DNA from: Octopus bimaculoides
Lineage: Eukaryota
DNA: 64,000 nt
NCBI RefSeq assembly: GCF_001194135.2
Contig: NC_068983.1
Span: 17,347,982 to 17,411,981 of the forward strand
Direction of reading: 5' to 3'
The notes beneath the pieces were generated by a model that saw only the letters and a list, made by a program, of their open reading frames with translations, searched no databases and was not told the origin of the DNA. How positions within the stretch are numbered: the stretch's first letter is position 1; every line of letters starts with the position of its first letter. Below, one piece after another: positions 38,468 to 50,669 of the stretch. The position numbers and the translations under genes are program-made.

Positions 38468-38829
38468 TATAGGAAAGTGGGTTATACATCATTAGATGTA
38501 TACCTGACTTTCCTATATAAAATTAGAAATTAACGGAACGCTGAACTCCAGACTATCAACATAACAACATTTATTTAAGGTGGTTAATATATACATCTTT
38601 AGCTCTTGTTTGTTGTTACAGCTTCTGTGTGTGTGAGCATTGTTGTTGGGACGTTGGTATGTAGATGTAAGCGAGCTGTCGAGCATAAGTTCGAAAGATG
38701 AAGAGAGACAGCTAAACACGTCCATGCTCAATCGCTGGCCATCAAGAAAGAGAGAGATCAAAGCGGGAAAGCTTGGTATGTTGAATTCCACGCATGCGTG
38801 AGACTACGCATGCGCACGGCGTTACTACA
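38468..38829 (-). mobile_element. Solo LTR family L, copy 1
   Basis: Plus-strand ends TATAGG...ACTACA, 4-bp TSD GATC, AATAAA on the minus strand. Confidence 0.75.
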
Positions 38830-38833
38830 GATC

Positions 38834-39091
38834 AATCACAACAGCTGCTCAGCAGAGTAGAAACATCAGCTGCTAAAATAGGACTACACACAAATGTCAA
38901 GAAAACCGAGGACATATCTTTCAACCAATCAAATGATGCTGAACTGTTTGCTTTGAACGGTTCCAAATTGAATGGTGTTGAAAACTTCAAGTACTTAGGT
39001 GGTTGGGTGGGCAGTTCGGAAGCAGACATAAAGATTAAGAGGGCACAAGCATGGACAGCCCATCACAAAGTAAAGAATGTCTGGAACTCCA
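38834..39091 (+). mobile_element. RTE LINE RT-thumb fragment, opposite orientation
   Basis: QQLLSRVETSAAKIGLHTNVKKTE...VENFKYLGGWV...AWTAHHKVKNVWNS. Confidence 0.8.
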
Positions 39092-39327
39092 GATGGAATT
39101 TAAAATATTCCAAATTTCCCAGTCTTCTTTCTTGATATGTAATTACTCTGTAAATAGAATTCACTAGAAATTTCAATTGTGTTTATCTCATCTGAAATAA
39201 AACATCTATATACATACATTTCGTTAATATGAACATGCAAATGGGCTTCACGGTGACACAACTTGAATTATAACCCCTGGTATATACTACGTACATATAT
39301 ACATACATACATATATATATGTGTGCC

Positions 39328-39380
<53 letters not shown>

Positions 39381-40023
39381 CACAATGTTAGTAACAGTGA
39401 TAAAGAAAAAGACAGGGAGAGAAACTGCAGACTGACTTTTATTGTACACTAGTATGATGTACCAAAGATAACTTGACCAAGTTTGATGCTGTGAACCCGA
39501 CTAATTATCTGTAACAATATTCCGGAAGGGTTTCAAATCTAAAAGAAATGAAAGTCTGTATTATTTATAATAAAACAGATATTCGAATGGATAAAATAAG
39601 CAGTTAATGCAATTAAGTTTGACCTTTTGTTCAATTCTCTGCTCCTGGATGTTGAAACAGTAATTGTTTGATAGTATGGGAACCACTAAATTGTTTGATA
39701 GTATGGGAACCACTAAATTAGAAGGCATTGGATTTTGGTGCCAGCAGAAACGTTCAAGTATCATTTGTTTATTTTTTACATACGAGATTTTAGCACTTTC
39801 ATTCATATTGTCACACTAACAGCAACCTGTAACCTTTCACGAGTCTGGAATATTTGAATTTATGCCAACTTTAACATTTACGTGGTTAATTATTTAACTG
39901 AATTACTGTCCTTCAAAATATTGGAGTTGGGACAGCATCAAATAATAAGTACTTCAAGAGCCAAGAAATCCAGTACACTAAAATGGTTTACTCGAAAAAA
40001 AGTAACGTCACCGTATATAAACG

Positions 40024-40445
40024 TGTAGGAAAGTGGTTATACACCATTAGGTGTACACCGCTTCCGTACATTAAATTTCTAGAAGAAACAACGGAACGCA
40101 GATTCTGAACAACATAACAATATTCATTTACAGTGGAATTCAGTTCACGCTTGGAGGGAATTCGGTAGCTCGTCGTCCTCAGTTACTGAGACGCCTTCTG
40201 AATGATTTCCGTGGTTATTTGTGAAGCTCTGGTGCTGACATGTGAGAGAGCTCTGTTGGACGTCTTGGCTCGACGGAGATCAGGCAGCGAAGAGACTGAG
40301 AAAAGGCGCCAAAGCTGGGTGTCGAACTCTACGCATGCGCATGAGACTCTTCCTGTATTCCTTCCGGAACTAGTCCCTGCGCATGCGTGGATAAAACTCC
40401 GGACATTGAACATATAACAGTCGTCTGCTATAAGTTGTCACTACA
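40024..40445 (-). mobile_element. Solo LTR family L, copy 2
   Basis: TGTAGG...CTACA with 4-bp TSD AACG. Confidence 0.75.
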
Positions 40446-40516
40446 AACGCATCCCCCCCGCCTACACACACACAACCAACCAACAATAACTATTTTTATC
40501 ATAGTATTCAATCATT

Positions 40517-40770
40517 GGTGGAGGCGCGTGACTTAGTGGTTAGGGTGTCAGCACCATGATCGTAAGATTGTGGTTTCGATTCCTGGACCGGGCGACGCGT
40601 TGTGTTCTTGAGCAAAACACTTCATTTCACGTTGCTCCAGTCCACTCAGCTGGCAAAAATGAGTAACGCTGCGATATACTGGCGTCTCGTCCAGCTGGGG
40701 AACACATACGCCATTAAAACCGGGAAACCGGGCCCATGAGCTTGGCTAGGCTTTAAAAGGGCGCATTTAT
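40517..40770 (+). mobile_element. tRNA-headed SINE family C (other copies ~5360-5525, 13090-13390, 24540-24680, 25900-26110, 31850-32075, 43640-43760, 63790-64000)
   Basis: GGAGGCGCGTGACTTAGTGGTTAG A-box, GTTTCGATTCC B-box and TGTGTTCTTGAGCAAAACACTT...CAGTCCACTCAGCTG core. Confidence 0.8.
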
Positions 40771-41746
40771 TTTTTTTATTCAATCATTGGCAAAATCGTT
40801 AGCAGTGTTAACGTAGCCAGGTTCGAAAGTTAGTAGGAGCGAGCACATATATATATAAAAAAAAGGCAGCGTAACACATAGCAAACAATTTTTAACTAAT
40901 TTCTCTTATTTTACGCAAAATATTTCATTAGTTATAATATTCGTAATTATATTCTTACAACTACTGATAAAGATAACTCAAGAATTAATTTTAAAATTTT
41001 TGAAAAGGCGCCAATTTAGAAAACTGTGCTGAGGGCGAGCGTCGCTTCCCTTGCTACTCTGTTAGTTACGTCACTGGTCAAAATGCTTAGCGGTATTTCG
41101 TCCATCTTTACATTCTGTGTTCAAATTCCTCCGAAGTCGATTTTGCCTTTCATCCTTTCAAGATCGATAAAATAAGTACCAGTTGAGCCTTGGAGTCGAT
41201 GTAATTGACTAGCCCCTACCACCAAAATTACTGGCCTTGTGCCTATAGCAGAAATGATAATATTCAATCACCGTAAGTTCAATACAAAATCAAAAGTAAT
41301 CTTCATTTACTTTACAGTATCTAAGGGCATGTGAAGGCCGTGAGAACGACCCCATCCTCCAGACCTAACAAGAGCCAAATTAATATTTTGCAGACCCTTT
41401 GGGCTACAAATCTTGTAAATCAAATCTTCACTAATATTTTCAATAATTTTTCACTTATTATTTAGAGGCCTTACGGCGATGAGCTATCAGACTCAATTAG
41501 CACGCCGCGCTAAATGCTTAGCGGTATTTTATCCGTCGTTGCGTTCTGAGTTCAAATTCCACCGAGGCCGACTTTGCTATTAATCCTTTCGGGGTTGATA
41601 AATTAAGTACCAGTTGAACACTGGGGTCGATGTAATCGACACACCCCTTCCCCCCAAATGGCTGCCCTTGTGGCAAAATTTGAAACCATTTGCGGATATT
41701 CCTGGGTTACAACCCTTAAAACTGAAGCTTCAATCCGGCACGGGAT

Positions 41747-42026
41747 CAGGCTCGTCGCCAGACTTTGGTTGCTTCAGAATATTCTAGGTGGGTGCTAATT
41801 TGTATTGCGGGAAGACTTTTGCAAACTGTATTTTCTAAATCTGAGGGTACATCATTAAATAGTGAGGGTACTGTGCCGTCCAAGCATCCCCTTAGCGACG
41901 GGCATGTTAGTCTTCAAGAATGTGTTGCAGGGAGATTTTTGTAAACTGTATCTTCTATATCTGAGGATGCACCACTGAATAGTGAGGGTACAGTGCCGTC
42001 CAGTGACACCCTTAGCGACGGGCATG
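41747..42026. mobile_element. hAT-type MITE
   Basis: TIRs CAGGCTCGTCGCCA / TAGCGACGGGCATG, 8-bp TSD CACGGGAT/CACTGGAT (7/8), internal tandem duplication. Confidence 0.75.
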
Positions 42027-42247
42027 CACTGGATCTAATAAAAAAAACAAAATGTAACCCTTTCGTAATTATCTTTACCAAATATAAATCAAGTAACATT
42101 TCTTCTTTTTATTTCATCTCAATAATGCTCTTATTGCCCAAACCATTAGTTTTTTTGTTTTTTTTGTTGTTGCTATATCTCCGTCTTCCACAGACAAATA
42201 ACCTTTCTCGAACATATTCCCATTTCGTCTATCATCTTAGCCTGATT

Positions 42248-43133
42248 CATGCCCGTCGCCAAGGATGTGGACTTGACGGCACTGTTCTCGCACTATTAAA
42301 TGGTGCACCCTGAGATTTTCAGTGAGACACTTATTTCGAAACCAGTGGCGGCTCGTATATAAAATTAGTTATGGGTGCTGCTTCAGAAAATTCTTAGCCG
42401 TTGTTTTAATATTGTGTAAAAGGAAACAAACATATAAAAAGAAAAATTATACATAAACTTGATCGGTTCGCGTTTTAGCCACTGCCGGGTAGTATGTTTA
42501 ATTTGTTCACTGAACACCGCCGCGAATTCCTCCTTGTTTTTTTAAAAAAATACCCCCTTAATCACAAAATAAATGGGGGAAAATCTGCCCTATTTTTCAA
42601 ATCCTGGCAGCAATACTGTAGCTGGAAGCAGGATATCAATCTAATCATACACTTTATCACATTCAAGAATATAAACACGTTTTTAAGTACAATACACGCG
42701 GAATCAAAAAGAAACACTACCTTTCACCAGCACACCAGGGTCAGCACTGCGTGAACCAAAGTGCTCTCTATTCCTAGTGTGCAACTTCCTATCTCGGACA
42801 TGTGAGTACGCACACAACAGCCAAACACCGCGTCGCTGAACTGTGACGCGCACAGTTCTATACAAGGATTCTGTATTTTTTTCATATACTAGATGGCTAC
42901 TAACATTAAGCTTGAGGGTTATATAATGTGCAAATATAAAGAAAGAATTAAAGAAAAAGGGACTCATTATATTGAATGTTATCGATATTATCAAGTGGAA
43001 ATAGTGGGTGTTGCAGTTCTGCAGTGCCTATACACGAGTCACCACTGTTCGAAGCTCTAGCATTATTACAAATTATTACCCACCCAGAATATTTTGAAGC
43101 ACTCCTTGGTACCAAAGTCTGGCGACAGGCCTG
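42248..43133. mobile_element. Longer hAT-type non-autonomous element of the same TIR family
   Basis: Ends CATGCCCGTCGCCA ... TGGCGACAGGCCTG. 8-bp flanks GCCTGATT/GTCTGGTA (5/8). Confidence 0.55.
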
Positions 43134-45385
43134 GTCTGGTACCTTCGGTTTCTCAACCAACTACCCAGGTTTTGATATTCTTTGCTTACCAAACACCTTC
43201 AGCTAGACAGGCCCAAAGCAATATTCTCCTTACATACGATCAGGGTTCATAAGAAGTGGGGTGGGGTGTTCAACTTGTACATTGGTCAGAAGTTCGGAGA
43301 ACCAAGAAAGGACCAATAAATATCTGATCAACCATAAATATCCGATTATCTGCTGATGTTATTAGTTGTTGTGTGAATGCATCATAAGTGAATGATTAAG
43401 AAGTTCGTTTTGCAGTCACGAGATCCGAGTTCGATCCTACTGCGTGGAACCTTGGGCAAGTATCTTTCACCATTGCTTCAATTCAAATGAAGCCTTGTGA
43501 GTAAAACTGAGTTGACGGAAACTGCATGGAAGCCAACCGGATGGATTGTACCTGTAATTCAAAAGTATAGCTTCCTCACACACTGTGTCATGTAGCTGAT
43601 TCTGATTGGGAATTACACAAAGAGTACACACGTTTGTGTGAGTGCGCATGACTTAGTGGTTAGGGTGTTGCACTCACGATCACGAGATCGTGGTTTCAAT
43701 TTCTGAATGGCGTGTTATATTCTTGTGCAAAACGCTTCATCTCACATTACACCGTGCACCTGTTCGGGCGACGTCGCTTTGATACAGGGAGTGAGATAAT
43801 ATTCAACACATCCATTTGATCACTATAAACAAATATTTTGTGCTGGTCGTTCAGCAAGAAATTGCTGAACCGTTTTTCTCGGACTACTAGAGACTACCAT
43901 CATACACACGTATCTGGAATATTCAAACACAAACTGACTAATTCAGTTGATCGAACAACTGAATCCTCGGTGTCGAAATTGCCGGAGAACCTTTTTTCTC
44001 CTGAATATACAGTAGTAGTTTGGTATTTTAAATATTGGTTTCAAATTTTGGCACAGGGCCAGCAGTATTCTTTCTTTTTTTCCTTTTGATTGGAGGAAGA
44101 AATTAATTACATCGAGTTCAGTACTTAACTGATACTTTTTTTGATTGTCCCCAAAAGGAGGAAAGGCAAAGTCGACCTCTGCGGAATTTGAACTCAGAAC
44201 GTAATGAGTCAGAAGTGCCGCTAAGCTCTTTTTCCGGCGTGCTAATGGTTCTGGCAGATCTTCGTCTTCCGTATCTCAAATATCACTTCATGAAATTATT
44301 TAATGGTGCCCTGGAAATGAGAAGTGACATGGTTAGAAATATTTGTTTCTGCCGCTCATTATCGTAAATAGAAATTTTGGCACAAGGCCAGTAATTTCGG
44401 AGAAGGAGGTAAGTCGATTACATCGACTCCAGTACTCAATTGGTACTTATTTTATCGACCTCGAAAGGATGAAAGGTAAAGTCGACCTCGGTGGAATTTG
44501 AACTCAGAACATAAAGACGGGCGAATTGCCGCTAAGTATTTTGCTCGGCATGCCAGCTTGCTGCTTTTAGTATCTTAAATATAATTAGATGAAATGATTT
44601 AATGGTGTCTTGGAAATGAGAAGTGACGTGCCTAGAAAAATTTGTCTTTAACGCTCATTATGCTAAAACGGAAAATTTATTTTGCTGCCAGAGATAGACT
44701 ACACAGAGTTAATAGAGTTCCGCTGAACGGGTTTTGGCAAGAAGAAGAAATCGTTGATGTTTTGATACAGAGGAAGAGATACGCTGGTAAAGCAGTTCTG
44801 AAATAAATTTGTGAGTATAAAGAATGTAACGTCTGAATAGGGACTGTGTTTTGAAGAGAGGAAGATATCAAAGATGTTCAGAAAATTGTTTGTCTGTGAG
44901 AGACAAACAACTTATCCAAAAAGCTTAGATGAGTGATTACAATTTGTAAGATTTTCAGAACAGCAAGCGTATCAGATGCCCCAATATCTGAGTTGACCTG
45001 TGTTAACCTAAGATCTGGTACAGAGGGTTGAGGTGATCAAGGACGATGATTTCCGAGAGAAAAGAGTTGAAATGGATGTCCTTAATACAGGATGTGAAAT
45101 AATTTAACAATGACGAAAATTGTGTTGTTTGTGTTATGGAAGAAGCATATATATAAAAAAAAAAACAGGTATTACTGATGAATTATTGGAAGGATTAATC
45201 ACTTTAGAATTTCTTGGACAATATCACGATATAATTTATCACTTCCTGCCAAATTTGATGCTATCTAGAATTTTTGAATTTCCACATCTCTATGTCAACT
45301 CCAGATATTTATGAATATAACCAACTTTTAGCAGCATTTTTTTCTTAGTTGATGTTGAGATATGTCACTGCATTGAATTTAGTAA

Positions 45386-45944
45386 CCCTTTGCCTGTCCC
45401 ATGCATCACACGTGATACACAAGGACTATTTCTTTGGCGTTCATGCATCATAGATAATACACATTCCCAATTTTTTTTCATGTTCTAGTGTAATTTGAGA
45501 CTTATGAAAGTCAAAGCTTTATAGGAAATGTGGTTATACACCATTAGGTGTACACCCGCTTTCCTATATTAAATTCTAAATAAACAACGTAACGCAGAAC
45601 TCCGAACTATCAACACAACAATATTTATTTATGGAGGAAATAGGCAGCTTTAATCTTGGTTGCTGAGACGCCTTCTGTGAGAGAGCATGGTTGCTGAGAC
45701 GTTGGAATGTTGATGTGAGCTCTCCCCAGAGTTGGAATGATGGAGAGACAGCTTGACCCGTCCATGCTCATGGCCGCCCGGCCGGGAAAAGAGAAAGAAT
45801 CAGGGCGCCAAACTTGGATATTGATGACTACGCATGCGCACGAGACAAGGCGTTACTACAGCTTTATATTACACAGGGCTACCTAAAAATCTGAAAACGG
45901 ACGTTTCGGATAGATTTTAGAAAATATTTCGGACAGGCAAAAGA
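45386..45944. mobile_element. piggyBac-type MITE
   Basis: TIRs CCCTTTGCCTGTCC / GGACAGGCAAAAGA (12/14), flanked by GTAA and TTAA. Confidence 0.6.
45520..45860 (-). mobile_element. Solo LTR family L, copy 3, nested in a piggyBac MITE
   Basis: TATAGG...ACTACA with 4-bp TSD GCTT. Confidence 0.75.
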
Positions 45945-46399
45945 TTAAGAATGTACAGTATTAGACTGAGAAACAAAGAGAATACGTGTACAGTTTGTCA
46001 AACTTCACCCATTTGATTCACCACTGCATATTATTGTATACATTTTTGGCAGTGGCACGACATACCTGCAACAATAGGTTTGTGTGTCGCACCTAATTCT
46101 TCTTTGACTGATTTTAGTTGGGGTGCTACACATAACAACTAACCTAGCACTGCATAATCTGTTGACATAACCAAGATGCTGAGAAGTGGGATAGAACTGG
46201 AAACCACGGGATCGCCATGCCAAAATATTATCGCACGGCTATACCTGCGCCCATTTGTAAAGGTAACTCTTGTCAGGTGTTTTTGAACTTTCCAATTGAA
46301 TCTTGGTTCCTACAACTTTGCTTAATCTTCTACAGTGTTTCTCAACCCACGCAACTCTCTAACCAGACAAAACCTTTGCTAACCCGATACTACATAACA

Positions 46400-46852
46400 T
46401 AGTGAAAGAAACGGTATGGAAGACGCGCTCGGAAGGAATTGCGACAGGACAATTCATCTCCAGACGAGGGCTGGTGAACTACTTCACCGCCCATCTAGTT
46501 TCCAAGATCCGTCTGGAGAGGAGGAGCTTGTCGCAAAGAGTATTTGCCAAAAGATGGAAGGATGTCGCAAGAAAGTTGTGTATGCAAGGGGCCATGCCAA
46601 CACGGTCGGACCGGGCATAGAAGGAAAAGAAAAAGGAAAAAAAAATCAACCGGCGGGTTAGTGGGACACTCCCCAACCCAAAAGTAATCCAATTTTTAAA
46701 ACAATAACATCATCACATTATAATATATTATTCTCATGTCAAAATCATTCGTTAAATCATCTGTAAAAAGGCTCAACGATCTATATGTTCCCCCTTGTCT
46801 GTCCTAGTTCGTCCCCTCTATGTATCCTATTTATTAGGAAATAAAAGAAAAT
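46400..46852 (+). mobile_element. 5'-truncated L1/Tx1-clade LINE (ORF2 C-terminus plus 3' UTR)
   Basis: 20-bp TSD TAACCCGATACTACATAACA (46380-46399, 46853-46872). Translation KETVWKTR...LVNYFTAHLVSKIRLERRSLSQRVFAKRW resembles L1/Tx1 ORF2 ends. Ends AATAAAAGAAAA. Confidence 0.65.
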
Positions 46853-47356
46853 TAACCCGATACTACATAACAACTAACCTGACGAGGCATAATAACTTAA
46901 CTTAACACCATATAACAAATCATTTTGCGTTCATAACAACTCACCTCGTGCTCCGTAACAACAAATCAGACTTTACATAACAACAAACATGACTATATAT
47001 AAGTAAAGTCGAAGTATAACGACCTTCTTTTGCCGTTGTATTGTTCAATAAGCTTTTAGGAGAGCTTGGTCGCTGTCAGGCTTGGTAAAGAGACAGTCTA
47101 ATAGCGGGAACGCTTCGATGTTGAAACCCACGCATGCGTGGTTAAGGATTCAGTAATGGCGCCTCAGCCTTTTGGCGCCAATATGACGTCACTACAAGCT
47201 AAAACCAAGACTTTACAATGTCACCAAAGCTTTCACTGCTGCTAATGTTGAGGCTTTCTTTCAACAGTGAGTGAACAGTATTGCTTTTCTCCCATAACAT
47301 AGTTATTAGTTATAACAACTGGAGACATCATCTCTTTAGTATAGGTCTTAATCATT

Positions 47357-47684
47357 TTTAGTAGAAAGTGGGTTATACATCTTTAGATTGTATACCTGAC
47401 TTTCTACTATAAAATTAAAGAAATAGACGGAACGCTGAACTCCAGACTAAACAACTCAAACAACATTTATTTAGGAGATAAACATACAAATCTTTTAGTT
47501 ATACATCTTTAGAGGTGAGAATAACGAGCTGTCGAGTATAAGACCGAAAGATGTAGGGACAGCTTTTAAACACACGTCCATGCTCAATCGCTGGCCAGCG
47601 AGAAAGAGAATGAATTGAGCGGGAAACGTTTGCTTGTTTAATTCTACGCATGCGTAAGACAACGCATGCGCAGGCGTTACTACA
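47357..47684 (-). mobile_element. Solo LTR family L, copy 4
   Basis: TTTAGTAG...ACTACA with 4-bp TSD CATT. Colinear with copy 1. Confidence 0.7.
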
Positions 47685-49989
47685 CATTTATTCGTCGTTT
47701 ATAGTACACAATGTTAAGTAAGCTATGTACGAAGGCAAGAATAACCATACTAGTTTTTGCATAAGTTTATATATTTGTTTTTAATATCCGGATCATCTAC
47801 ATTATATATGTACGACAATTATTTGAATACATCATACAAGTGATAGTGAAAGTGGTAGTTACAAATCTTCATGTATTAGCTTTTTCTTTTATGAATTTAT
47901 ATGAAAATTGTTGATGGCTACTAAAGACAGAGAAAAAAAGAAAAGGCGAGAACATCTTATCATAAAACTAACTGACATAGTTTTGTGTAGCATCTTAGAT
48001 TGTTCTGCACGGAAACGTAGATGGTGAAAGACAGCTCACGAAAAAAAAAATGACATGGCTGCGTGTGGAGCACTGGATGATTATATTTAAGGTTGAATTC
48101 GCCTGCTTTTTATATCCATAAACAAAAGTTTGTAGAACTGTCGATCAAACTGTAGGCGTGGAAACTTGCACGCACTCTTTGGAGTTTCGTTGTGTCACCA
48201 ACACGTTGATCAATGCTGATTGGTCGATTCATGTTCATGTAGAACCTTATGCTTGATTTAGAAATCTATTTATGCTGAGATTCTAATTAGAAATCTATGC
48301 GAGACAGTTTCAAATCTCGGCAGAAGCCTTGCTACACATCTTGAAGAGAGAACTCTGTTTATCACACAAAGAAATGTAGATTTTTTCCCCATTTCCACAA
48401 AACACAATTTATGTGATATTTTGCAATTCAGACGAATATTCTCGATGAGAAATTTGATATTTTATTTTTCTTCGCTTAACATTCATATGTCATGGAAAAA
48501 AAAAAGTAAAAAAGAACGAAAAAGCTGCAGTAAAATTTATAGCAGTATGACCTTAGTACTTCTGACGTTATCAAATATGCGTGAAGACCTGTAACATCTA
48601 TTAATGAATAAGACGTTAGTTTTATGCGGAATAGATATTGACTAAAACTTTATGAGAAAACATTACCATTTTATTTCTTTATCATAAAAAATTAAGATGA
48701 AGAAATAATTGCAAAGTCAGTACAATAGAAAAATAATACATAAAAGCTAAACATAAATATTGCAGTTGAACCAAGAGAATCTGTGATTATAAATATAAGT
48801 TCGTATTTAAAAGACAGATGTCTGGTTCCAGTAAAGGTATATCAGCACCATCCATTTTTACTATTTTATAATAATTCCGTTTGTCATTCCGTTACTTAGC
48901 CCGTCCGTAACGCTTCTACGTGATTAGTTGAAGGGGGAGAGGGCGGAAGGAATGGGAGATATGGGATGGAGTGGGAATGGGGGTAAGGGGTGCTGTGTGT
49001 GTGTGTGTGTGNNNNNNNNNNNNNNNNNNNNNNNNNNNNNNNNNNNNNNNNNNNNNNNNNNNNNNNNNNNNNNNNNNNNNNNNNNNNNNNNNNNNNNNNN
49101 NNNNNNNNNNNNNNNNNNNNNNNNNNNNNNNNNNNNNNNNNNNNNNNNNNNNNNNNNNNNNNNNNNNNNNNNNNNNNNNNNNNNNNNNNNNNNNNNNNNN
49201 NNNNNNNNNNNNNNNNNNNNNNNNNNNNNNNNNNNNNNNNNNNNNNNNNNNNNNNNNNNNNNNNNNNNNNNNNNNNNNNNNNNNNNNNNNNNNNNNNNNN
49301 NNNNNNNNNNNNNNNNNNNNNNNNNNNNNNNNNNNNNNNNNNNNNNNNNNNNNNNNNNNNNNNNNNNNNNNNNNNNNNNNNNNNNNNNNNNNNNNNNNNN
49401 NNNNNNNNNNNNNNNNNNNNNNNNNNNNNNNNNNNNNNNNNNNNNNNNNNNNNNNNNNNNNNNNNNNNNNNNNNNNNNNNNNNNNNNNNNNNNNNNNNNN
49501 NNNNNNNNNNNNNNNNNNNNNNNNNNNNNNNNNNNNNNNNNNNNNNNNNNNNNNNNNNNNNNNNNNNNNNNNNNNNNNNNNNNNNNNNNNNNNNNNNNNN
49601 NNNNNNNNNNNNNNNNNNNNNNNNNNNNNNNNNNNNNNNNNNNNNNNNNNNNNNNNNNNNNNNNNNNNNNNNNNNNNNNNNNNNNNNNNNNNNNNNNNNN
49701 NNNNNNNNNNNNNNNNNNNNNNNNNNNNNNNNNNNNNNNNNNNNNNNNNNNNNNNNNNNNNNNNNNNNNNNNNNNNNNNNNNNNNNNNNNNNNNNNNNNN
49801 NNNNNNNNNNNNNNNNNNNNNNNNNNNNNNNNNNNNNNNNNNNNNNNNNNNNNNNNNNNNNNNNNNNNNNNNNNNNNNNNNNNNNNNNNNNNNNNNNNNN
49901 NNNNNNNNNNNNNNNNNAAATTATCGAAATAAGACAATTTTTTACATGAAATAAATTGGAATACAAAAATATTTTTCTGTTCTATAACA

Positions 49990-50187
49990 CAAAATAGATA
50001 AGTATACGAAGTTTGAAAGTCTTTCGGTACCAAAAACACTACGTAAAACATTAATGAAAACTGTGGCCCCCGTTTTAAAATAGATCCCAAAATAGATAAG
50101 TATACGAAGTTTGAAAGTCTTTCGGTACCAAAAACACTACGTAAAACATTAATGAAAAATGTGGCCCCCGTTTTAAAAAAGATCCCC
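49990..50187 (+). repeat. 98-bp tandem duplication (2 copies)
   Basis: Two near-identical units with two substitutions, close to a contig edge. Confidence 0.8.
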
Positions 50188-50669
50188 AATTTCCTTCACT
50201 TTTCAATGATGAGCAGATGAGCGACTATCCTTTTTTTTTATTCAGACATAACACAGGATACGCTTCCAGGTTTTTTGGATGAAGTTTTCAGAAGTAACCT
50301 AATAAGTTTACCACTAATTCCGTAAAATATTCACGGGGTCTCGCTAGTTTTTACTAAGCTAGCATGGCTGGGTCTGTTATATTACAGCATATCGCCGTCT
50401 CGTATCATCTCGTCCACGAAGCCATCATATTGACTTCTGACCTCATTACTCATTCCCTTGTCTTCCGTATCCTTCCGCTGTCAGAGACACTTCTCCAGTG
50501 CTACTTTCAACCTTTCACATTGTACAACACTTCTCAAACTGACAAATGCCAGCCCCACACCAAAATATTCTTTTCAACTGGTACTTAAGTTATCGACCCC
50601 TAAAGGATGAAAGGTAAAGTCGACCTCGGCGGAATTTGAACTTTGAACGTAAAGACAGACGCAATACCG

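Noticed and set aside
39661-39719. 27-bp tandem duplication; also the ~100-bp direct repeat at 23990-24095/24316-24417
   Set aside because: Ordinary local duplications with no further structure.
46866-46990. CRISPR-like interpretation of the repeat-spacer array
   Set aside because: The repeats (9 bp) and spacers (~13 bp) are far too short, the context is eukaryotic and there are no cas genes.
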